DNA of 20,000 nt from an uncultured virus (IMG/VR IMGVR_UViG_3300030202_002298) (lineage: Duplodnaviria > Heunggongvirae > Uroviricota > Caudoviricetes): IMG/VR virus record IMGVR_UViG_3300030202_002298, positions 50,723 through 70,722 of that record, one strand, 5' to 3'. Both the position numbers and the translations under genes were made by a program. Shown piece after piece: positions 1 to 5,597 of the stretch (position 1 is its first letter; each line of letters starts with the position of its first letter). Under the pieces are notes generated by a model. That model was not told the origin of the DNA and made no database searches. It saw only the letters and a program-made list of their open reading frames with translations.

Positions 1-714
1 GAATTGGCTGCACACAAAAAATTAACGGCATCACTCGTGGCTGAATTCGAGAGAATGAAAGAAGCGACAGCAACAACGAAGAGAACAGTGTTTTGGTTCG
101 ACAGAAAACGTCAACACAACGATTTAAAGTTCGCTATAGTGGATAACAAATACCCAGCCGGATATGAAGTCTGGGAGGATGGTGAACTCATTGAGCGGTG
201 GCATTGGAAAATTGAGGGGAACCCTAAAACGGATCAGTACGGCGATTATATATTCAGATGCGTTTCAACGTACAATAAGGAAGGTGAATACTCAGGTTTT
301 AAACAATATGTCATGGCAAATTATCCTGACGACGAGGGTTTTATCATGCCAATTGACAATGCTCTGGAGTACACAGTGAATATAAAAAAGAACTGGCTCA
401 AACTAAAGTCATACGACAAGGACATGAATGGGATGGAAATTATGTGGAAGGACGGAAAGGTACTTCATACCTATTTACATGAACGGGATTTTATGCACTC
501 AAAACAAGAAGGAACTGATCGCGATTTGTATTCAATTATTCAGGAACCTGATCAGTTAACATACATGGAACACCTGTCAAAAATGTTTCCGTTCATTCAA
601 AATGATGTTCTCGAACCGTTCAAAAAATCTATACGTTATGAAAAAATCAAGGCAGCACAATCGGCTTTAAACAAAAGCAAAGCGGCGGTTAAAAGTGTTA
701 GGAGGAAGGGGTAA
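1..714 (+). CDS. Hypothetical protein (at least 236 aa, possibly 5'-truncated) directly upstream of the integrase
   Basis: The frame is open to base 1 (GAA TTG GCT...), so the TTG at 4 may not be the true start. Its TAA (712-714) abuts the integrase ATG (715). No family recognised. Confidence 0.7.
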   Translation, partial: ELAAHKKLTASLVAEFERMKEATATTKRTVFWFDRKRQHNDLKFAIVDNKYPAGYEVWEDGELIERWHWKIEGNPKTDQYGDYIFRCVSTYNKEGEYSGFKQYVMANYPDDEGFIMPIDNALEYTVNIKKNWLKLKSYDKDMNGMEIMWKDGKVLHTYLHERDFMHSKQEGTDRDLYSIIQEPDQLTYMEHLSKMFPFIQNDVLEPFKKSIRYEKIKAAQSALNKSKAAVKSVRRKG

Positions 715-2103
715 ATGGCTCAACCGTGGATTAAATGGGTGCGAGGTTCTAAACAAGAAAACTTGATCGCAGAACTACTTGGTATCAAATATAAAAAAGA
801 AGGCGGCAAATATAAGGTTCGTTATTGGACAAGTACGATTCACAGAAATGCGTTTCGTAAAGACAATGCCAGAAAACACCTTCCAGTATTAGACAAGTTC
901 ATTAGAGACAGAATTAAAGAGTATGAAGATCATCAACCTGTTGAGCCAAAAGTAGCCAAACAATATGAATCCGATGAGCTTCTAACTGCTAAACAAATAC
1001 TCAAGGATTGGAAGATAACAACTCCCCTATTAACATTTGTTAAACAGCAAGCAGAACAAGAGTTTAACACGAACGGAAAAACACAAGACATCTCACCTAA
1101 AGAGGCGTACAAACAATACCGTGTATCGAAACCTCTGGCACACAACTCAATTCCCGCTGCTCAAAAAATATTCAAGGATGTGTTCAGTCCATTTTTCGAC
1201 ATGGAAATGCGGAGAATTAATTTTACTGATATAGATAAACAGTTGATTGCTCTCTGGAAATCTAATGACTGGTCTGTCGATACATTTAATAAACGAGTCA
1301 CGGGTACATCAGGTTTTCTAAAATGGTGTCAGTCTTCAAAAAGGCGATACATTAGCATGAGTTGGCCTGTTAGCTCATTGGAACGTATGCCAGAGGAAGA
1401 ATATGAAACATTAGCTGGCGGCATAACCAAATATTTCACACCTGACCAAACCAATGATTTACTACATTCTGCAACAGGTCGAGATACAGACAAATATCAA
1501 TTCGATTATATGCCGAATCTCGCAACCCAATTTTTTGCAGGGCCGCGACCTTTCGAGACATACCGTCTACCGTTGGAAAATTTCAATATGGAGGATAACA
1601 CGGTTAAACTGGTTAAATCAAAACTAGGAGACAACAAACATCGTTTAGTTAAATTAAAACCTAACCTAAAAGCCATAATTCTCCCCTACTGGGAAGCTCA
1701 AGGAGGAAGAGGTTTAATGTTACCGCCAGAATTAAGGGTAAAACTAGAACCATTGTTCTATGGGCTGAATGCTGAACTTGCAAAAACAGGTAAAATTAGA
1801 AACAAAAAAGCGAAGAGGGAATATGACGAATGCCTAGCTTCTATCGGTGGTACGTTTAGTCAGGCATTTAAGCGAATGGCCGAGCGGCTCAAATTAGATT
1901 GGATTCGTGACGGATCTAGGCACAGCTATGGCTCCTATAGGTACAATCAGTTATTCCATCAAGATAACTCCGATAATTTTATATCAACAAAAAACACTCT
2001 CAAAGAAGAGATGGGTACAAATGTTGAGAACCTGGAAAAACATTATGTTGGTAGCGGTATTAAACTAGCTGAGGTTAACCAATATTTTTCTGTGGGATTG
2101 TGA
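715..2103 (+). CDS. int: Tyrosine recombinase / phage integrase (462 aa)
   Basis: Catalytic motifs appear in the expected order: FFAGPRPFE (R), KSK (K), DGSRHSYGSY (xxxR-H-S box), EEMGT (LGH-equivalent), LEKHY (Tyr nucleophile). The central helical region resembles a core-binding domain. SD AGGAGG at 700-705. Adjacent to a tRNA and an att-like region. Confidence 0.93.
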   Translation: MAQPWIKWVRGSKQENLIAELLGIKYKKEGGKYKVRYWTSTIHRNAFRKDNARKHLPVLDKFIRDRIKEYEDHQPVEPKVAKQYESDELLTAKQILKDWKITTPLLTFVKQQAEQEFNTNGKTQDISPKEAYKQYRVSKPLAHNSIPAAQKIFKDVFSPFFDMEMRRINFTDIDKQLIALWKSNDWSVDTFNKRVTGTSGFLKWCQSSKRRYISMSWPVSSLERMPEEEYETLAGGITKYFTPDQTNDLLHSATGRDTDKYQFDYMPNLATQFFAGPRPFETYRLPLENFNMEDNTVKLVKSKLGDNKHRLVKLKPNLKAIILPYWEAQGGRGLMLPPELRVKLEPLFYGLNAELAKTGKIRNKKAKREYDECLASIGGTFSQAFKRMAERLKLDWIRDGSRHSYGSYRYNQLFHQDNSDNFISTKNTLKEEMGTNVENLEKHYVGSGIKLAEVNQYFSVGL

Positions 2104-2180
2104 TGGTAGCTGCGAGTGGAATTGAACCACTGACCTGAAGCTTATGAGTCTTCCGCTCTAACCAACTGAGCTACGCAGCC
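2104..2180 (-). tRNA. tRNA-Met(CAU), elongator-like, with encoded CCA
   Basis: The minus strand folds as GGCTGCG TA GCTC AGTTGGTTA GAGC G GAAGA CTCATAA GCTTC AGGTC AGTGG TTCAATT CCACT CGCAGCT A CCA (77 nt). Anticodon CAT is at 2146-2144. The 5' end resembles bacterial elongator tRNA-Met. It lacks the C1:A72 mismatch and the three G:C anticodon-stem pairs of fMet. Ile2 cannot be fully excluded. Confidence 0.93.
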
Positions 2181-2221
2181 ATCGAAGAAGGGCAATTTAA
2201 ACACACTTGTCAATCGTTCTC

Positions 2222-2465
2222 AATCCTCCCAAATTCCAGATCTAGGGGGGATGAAAGGGGGATTTCTAAAAACTGGTCAAAATTGCCCCACCTTAAACTA
2301 CTGCCTATAAGATAGTTAGATGCCTTTAGACTTCTGGCCTCATAATCCAAAATTCTTGTAACTATAAACCACTGATAATCAGCAACATAACCCTCTCTGT
2401 TTTTTTTGTGATTATGTCATTTACTCCCATTTACTCCCATCCATAGGGGGGATTTAGGGGGGATT
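2222..2465. other. Putative attP site (arm-type repeats flanking a 7-bp core)
   Basis: Tandem 11-mers TAGGGGGGATG/AAAGGGGGATT (2243-2264) and TAGGGGGGATT x2 (2444-2465), plus a degenerate inverted copy (2222-2232). In the centre, an imperfect inverted repeat GACTTCTGGC-[CTCATAA]-TCCAAAATTC (2329-2355, 7/10 pairs). An IHF-like stretch lies at about 2367-2390. Non-coding and next to the integrase. Confidence 0.75.
2418..2440 (+). repeat. Tandem 10-bp direct repeat CATTTACTCC x2 (+CAT), candidate excisionase/RDF site
   Basis: CATTTACTCCCATTTACTCCCAT lies between the putative core and the right arm repeats. Function is inferred from position. Confidence 0.55.
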
Positions 2466-2714
2466 TTAAGGCAGGGTTGGATGACACTCCCAGCACCTAT
2501 CTAAGATAGTATCTCTTTTGACTAGGAAGTCTGCTCCCCTCTCCTCTTCGTACCCTACATAATGAACAATGAGCTGCTGCTTGTAGACCTTGCACACTGC
2601 CTCATGAGCCTGATCTTTTGCTCTACTAAAACTGGATGCCGTTAATGCCGCCAAGATCCCGATAATGGCGATAGCTATGAGTAGCTCCATTATGGTCATT
2701 CCAGCAAATCCCAT
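2466..2714 (-). CDS. Short type IV pilin/pseudopilin-like protein (N-methylation motif) with C-terminal CxxCH
   Basis: G|MTIMELLIAIAIIGILAAL matches the class III signal (E at +5). SRAKDQAHEAVC...Q resembles PVC-type prepilin-like proteins. Ends RCWECHPTLP. An alternative ATG at 2699 overlaps the upstream stop (ATGA). Confidence 0.85.
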   Translation of the reverse strand: MGFAGMTIMELLIAIAIIGILAALTASSFSRAKDQAHEAVCKVYKQQLIVHYVGYEEERGADFLVKRDTILDRCWECHPTLP

Positions 2715-3088
2715 GACCCTTCAAATTTGTAGAATCTATTACCTGTGCCATTATAGATTTTCGCTGTTAAACCTCTAACCTCATCAAACGGAATAATCCA
2801 GAATTTCAATACGTCGATTGCACAGCATATAAAATAATCAACATCACCTGGATCGTAACGCTTTTTAGCGGAGAGTCCGTGAGCTAATTGAAACTGATAA
2901 TGCGGCCTGTTGTCTTTGTATTTGTGTTGCTGAAGGGTTGCCTTAACTTGGATACGAAGGAACCTTTGCCGTTTGACCACTAATAGATCAAAACGGGCGG
3001 TGTCTGAAAGGGGGTGTGCTACGCTCCAACCGTGTTCTATCAATTTCTCCGCTACCAGCAGTTCCCCCCGCTGGCCAGTGGAACGCAC
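2696..3088 (-). CDS. PD-(D/E)XK endonuclease (group I intron-associated / PDDEXK_5-like), 130 aa
   Basis: Motif pattern G..GE..V...L...GW.V..P..D..RFDLLV......RIQVK and Y....VDYF. GTG start. Confidence 0.85.
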   Translation of the reverse strand: MRSTGQRGELLVAEKLIEHGWSVAHPLSDTARFDLLVVKRQRFLRIQVKATLQQHKYKDNRPHYQFQLAHGLSAKKRYDPGDVDYFICCAIDVLKFWIIPFDEVRGLTAKIYNGTGNRFYKFEGSWDLLE

Positions 3089-3094
3089 ACCGTT

Positions 3095-3259
3095 TTATTT
3101 TTCAGCTTCGGTTTTTACGCCGTGACGCACGAATATGGCTAATAGAGAGGTTATGGCTATATTAATAGCAGCACCCATTTCTAATTCACCTGTCATGTAT
3201 CCCGCCAAACTACCGATTATACCGGTAACGCCACTCCAGAGGGTCTTTGATTTTAGCAT
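3095..3259 (-). CDS. Small two-TM membrane protein, holin-like (54 aa; not in ORF track)
   Basis: Hand translation: MLKSKTLWSGVTGIIGSLAGYMTGELEMGAAINIAITSLLAIFVRHGVKTEAEK. SKT.W start, two hydrophobic segments, charged tail. Fills the gap between neighbouring genes. Confidence 0.7.
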   Translation of the reverse strand: MLKSKTLWSGVTGIIGSLAGYMTGELEMGAAINIAITSLLAIFVRHGVKTEAEK

Positions 3260-3261
3260 TT

Positions 3262-3423
3262 TTAGTCCTTGTTTTTGTTAAGCCTGAAACAACGCATGAT
3301 GATGTAAACTAGGGTAGCCAGAGAAACTAGGCATTTAAGAACCAGATCTATATCTGTTAGAAACCAGTTCCCCACCCCTAGAATACTAGCCACTCCTACT
3401 TTAAAATCATCAATCAGTTGCAC
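3262..3423 (-). CDS. Small membrane protein, holin-like (about 53 aa)
   Basis: C-terminal part of track ORF 3262-3489: ...DDFKVGVASILGVGNWFLTDIDLVLKCLVSLATLVYIIMRCFRLNKNKD, with hydrophobic segments and a basic tail. The GTG at 3423 is preferred because it minimises overlap with 3410-3625. Start uncertain. Confidence 0.6.
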   Translation of the reverse strand: MQLIDDFKVGVASILGVGNWFLTDIDLVLKCLVSLATLVYIIMRCFRLNKNKD

Positions 3424-3625
3424 TTTCAGGCATTTCGATAGTCGGGTTTTCCTCGCTACCTTCTGCTTCCTGTGCTGGTGGTTGAACATCTAGTCCGAAA
3501 TGTTTAGCTAATATTTGAATAGCTGCATCTCTTTGACGACCAGAAGGCCCATCCACCATTGCACGATCCGCGACTTGAGCGAGTACTTGCACCGCTGTTT
3601 TTAACTGTTCTGTGTTATCTGCCAT
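3410..3625 (-). CDS. Hypothetical protein (71 aa, helical N-terminus, acidic tail)
   Basis: ATG with GGAG about 8 nt upstream, preceded by a promoter-like intergenic region and co-oriented with the operon. Confidence 0.7.
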   Translation of the reverse strand: MADNTEQLKTAVQVLAQVADRAMVDGPSGRQRDAAIQILAKHFGLDVQPPAQEAEGSEENPTIEMPESATD

Positions 3626-3640
3626 GATAATTGCTCCAAA

Positions 3641-3674
3641 ACACTAATATTAGTGTCACATATTAATTTGTCAA
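3641..3674 (-). promoter_or_regulatory. Putative promoter TTGACA-N16-TAATAT overlapped by a perfect 16-bp palindrome
   Basis: TTGACA at 3674-3669, TAATAT at 3652-3647, palindrome ACACTAATATTAGTGT at 3641-3656. Bases 3643-3660 match 14921-14938 at 15/18. Confidence 0.55.
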
Positions 3675-3676
3675 TT

Positions 3677-3817
3677 TTATGGTTTGCGTTTTTTTCGAGC
3701 AGTTTTAGCTGCGGCTTTGAAATCAGCGTCACTTGGGGCACCTTTCTCACCCTTTTTTCTCATGGGCTTTCCGCTTTTGCGTTTCTCGTTAATGTTATAA
3801 TACAACCCTTTAGCCAT
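3677..3817 (-). CDS. Small basic protein (46 aa; not in ORF track)
   Basis: MAKGLYYNINEKRKSGKPMRKKGEKGAPSDADFKAAAKTARKKRKP. TAATG coupling to the upstream ORF. Resembles the GLY.NI..KR...GAP....F..AAKTA small proteins of aquatic phages (recalled, not searched). Confidence 0.8.
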   Translation of the reverse strand: MAKGLYYNINEKRKSGKPMRKKGEKGAPSDADFKAAAKTARKKRKP

Positions 3818-3972
3818 TATCTACCTACCTTCTTCATAGCTGCCTTGTGAGACTCACCAAATGTTTTACCCTGTTTCATCATAGTCTTCATAGCACTCAT
3901 ATGTTTTGCTGAGTGATGTTCAGAGTGACGAGCAAGCGTATCTTTTTGTCGTTGTGTTAATTCTTTTTTCAT
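3817..3972 (-). CDS. Small basic His/Met-rich protein (51 aa; not in ORF track)
   Basis: MKKELTQRQKDTLARHSEHHSAKHMSAMKTMMKQGKTFGESHKAAMKKVGR. Its stop overlaps the next start (TAATG). Resembles a small-protein type of aquatic phages (recalled, not searched). Confidence 0.8.
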   Translation of the reverse strand: MKKELTQRQKDTLARHSEHHSAKHMSAMKTMMKQGKTFGESHKAAMKKVGR

Positions 3973-4031
3973 TTGCAGTTTCCTTGGCAAGTATCGTCAA
4001 AGCAATAGGGGTTTTCACATTTATTCTCCAT
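3969..4031 (-). CDS. Candidate 20-aa Cys-rich micro-ORF
   Basis: MENKCENPYCFDDTCQGNCK. GAGGAGG lies just upstream and the stop overlaps the next ATG (ATGA). It bridges the gap between the two flanking genes. Confidence 0.5.
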   Translation of the reverse strand: MENKCENPYCFDDTCQGNCK

Positions 4032-4443
4032 CTGATCCCTCCTCTTCATCTTCATCTGCGTCCACATCAACAACTGGTTCAGGCCCAGGTATTGGTTCAG
4101 GCTCTGGTACTGGTGCTGGTTCCACAGTAGTATCAATCGTAATCTCTGGAGACTCAAAGTCCTCGACATTCTTAGGTTGAGCTTTCTGCGCTTCAATCTG
4201 GGAATCTAAACTAGCAATCCACTTGTTATCAGCAGCGAACTGTGACACTAGAGCATTTGCCTGTTCTTTAAACTCATTGAGCATAGGCATACTATCCATT
4301 GGATATTGGTATACCCCGTCAATGTATGAACTGTTCCCGTCTGGGTCTGTTGCTGTTAGTCCTATGACCACCTCGCATACGCAGTTGGGGTCTTCCGATT
4401 TGTGGCGTGGCTCTAGCCTCACGCAGGTATATGTATTAGCCAT
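4021..4443 (-). CDS. Hypothetical protein (140 aa), possibly tail-fibre associated, with Pro/acidic tail
   Basis: The MANTYT... beta-rich N-terminus and a C-terminal helix (LDSQIEAQKAQP) resemble small proteins found after phage tail fibres. AAAGGA upstream. Confidence 0.7.
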   Translation of the reverse strand: MANTYTCVRLEPRHKSEDPNCVCEVVIGLTATDPDGNSSYIDGVYQYPMDSMPMLNEFKEQANALVSQFAADNKWIASLDSQIEAQKAQPKNVEDFESPEITIDTTVEPAPVPEPEPIPGPEPVVDVDADEDEEEGSDGE

Positions 4444-4444
4444 T

Positions 4445-4543
4445 TCAATATCCTTTCATTTTCTTTGTACCAGTTTTTTTACTGTTGGGTTTTGGTTTTG
4501 GTTTATTAGTACTTGGTTTTCCGTATCCTTTTCCTTTTGGCAT
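4445..4543 (-). CDS. Small Lys/Pro/Gly-rich basic peptide (32 aa; not in ORF track)
   Basis: MPKGKGYGKPSTNKPKPKPNSKKTGTKKMKGY. AAAGGA SD upstream. Fills the gap between 4443 and 4560. Confidence 0.7.
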   Translation of the reverse strand: MPKGKGYGKPSTNKPKPKPNSKKTGTKKMKGY

Positions 4544-4559
4544 TATTTATCCTTTCTAT

Positions 4560-5186
4560 TTAGCTTGTTGCTTGTGTGTCTACTGGTTCCATTGTGGATG
4601 CCAGCATTTGTGTAAATCTTGCTAATCCCTCGGCAGGAGAATTCTGGGTACATTCCACGTCAATGCTGTAACGAGCTGAGAAGTCTGATGATCTAATGTT
4701 TTCAGAATGTGATGTAACTGTTCCTGTATGTGAATTGGAATGAGATCCACCTGCATCAAACCCTACTCCCCAGAAGTGACCACTTACAGATGCATGAACT
4801 TCAGACTCCGAATGATCCTCTTGTTTATTGTCGTGTGACTCTGTGTTTTGGGAATGACTCTTAACCTCCATATCAAAATGTACCTTAACATCAGATATAG
4901 ATAGGTTAGGTATAGTTACCATCGTTAGTAACGGCATCTTCACCATTTGTTTTAATGGTTTGGTTTGACCTTTGATTAGCCGTTCGACTTCTACATCAAC
5001 GGTACGGGTCCTGGTTTTCTTTGGATCTTCTGGATCAGGCTCAAACCCAATCGAGGATACAAAGTCCAATGTTACTCCAGCTAATTTCTTCTGGCCTTTA
5101 GCCGCTGACACTAGAGGGTCAATTATGAGTTCCGAAAGCGGGAGGCCTTGGAAATCTTTTAGTTGTTTATCGTCTGCTCCTGGCAT
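4560..5186 (-). CDS. DUF2589-like protein, long form (208 aa)
   Basis: Pattern recognised by eye: F.GLPLSELI..PL..AA..Q..LA.....F...IGF, V.MPLLTMV.IP.L.I..V.V.FDMEVK, a Ser-rich hairpin, SARYSI.V, PAEGLAR....L. Confidence 0.82.
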   Translation of the reverse strand: MPGADDKQLKDFQGLPLSELIIDPLVSAAKGQKKLAGVTLDFVSSIGFEPDPEDPKKTRTRTVDVEVERLIKGQTKPLKQMVKMPLLTMVTIPNLSISDVKVHFDMEVKSHSQNTESHDNKQEDHSESEVHASVSGHFWGVGFDAGGSHSNSHTGTVTSHSENIRSSDFSARYSIDVECTQNSPAEGLARFTQMLASTMEPVDTQATS

Positions 5187-5196
5187 AATGATTTAT

Positions 5197-5586
5197 TTAT
5201 ATTGTTGGTATTAGTTTTATTAGGTTATCTCCGATACGAGCCATGCCTTCAGCTTGATCCGTACTGGAAAATTTTATCTTTACGTTAGCCATCTTGGATT
5301 TTCTTAGTTTACCCAAACAGCCAACTGCTTTGTCTCCGTCATGGTCAAGGTTCACCTGTAGATCAACCTCGCATGATTCTATTTTTAGTGTGTTATGAGG
5401 AACCAGCACGAACAATGGAGCTTCTACATCTTTATCGTTAAGCCTAATCTTCACTGTCTTAGCTGATCCGTCCTCATTAAAGTACCCTTCCCTTATATTA
5501 TTTGAGAGAGACTCCTCCACTGATTTTTGAGCCTGTACCACTGCTGAGTACAAGCTATCGAATATGTTCTGTAATTCTCCTGCCAT
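5197..5586 (-). CDS. DUF2589-like protein, short form (129 aa)
   Basis: L..I...L..AVV.AQ..V....YF.EDG....V.I.....V.APL..LVPH..L.I....V.L and KIKF......EGMARI...L...IP. Same architecture as the downstream paralogue but without the long hairpin. Confidence 0.78.
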   Translation of the reverse strand: MAGELQNIFDSLYSAVVQAQKSVEESLSNNIREGYFNEDGSAKTVKIRLNDKDVEAPLFVLVPHNTLKIESCEVDLQVNLDHDGDKAVGCLGKLRKSKMANVKIKFSSTDQAEGMARIGDNLIKLIPTI

Positions 5587-5597
5587 TTTAAAAAATG

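Noticed and set aside
164..1234. Short alternative-frame ORFs 164-379, 933-1145 and 1037-1234 as an excisionase
   Set aside because: They are nested within longer genes and show no helix-turn-helix or Xis-like pattern.
1..2103. Integrase side as a separate element inserted at the 3' end of the phage tRNA
   Set aside because: Not excluded, but arm-like repeats flank a core on the other side of the tRNA, which favours one phage with an intact attP.
2185..2213. Sigma70 promoter for the tRNA (TTGACA at 2213-2208 on -)
   Set aside because: The -35 is perfect, but the hexamer 17 nt downstream is CTTCTT, so there is no credible -10.
2142..2345. The two CTCATAA copies (tRNA loop on -, core on +) as products of an inversion that swapped tRNA halves
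   Set aside because: Swapping flanks gives GAAGA/TCCAA and CTGGC/GCTTC, which pair worse than the existing stems, and no second set of tRNA arms exists.
2311..2390. A second tRNA gene around CTCATAA at 2339-2345
   Set aside because: No D-arm, TTC T-loop or acceptor stem can be folded.
2243..2465. G-rich repeats as a CRISPR array or G-quadruplex element
   Set aside because: The units are 11 bp, in two tandem pairs without spacers. Their arrangement next to int fits arm-type sites better.
2696..3088. Nuclease as part of a group I intron
   Set aside because: It is tightly packed between intact ORFs, with no interrupted gene or room for intron RNA structure.
3653..4196. Track ORFs 3653-3850 (+), 3906-4130 (+) and full-length 3969-4196 (-)
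   Set aside because: The region is better explained by the coupled minus-strand small ORFs. Only the last 20 codons of 3969-4196 are kept as a candidate.
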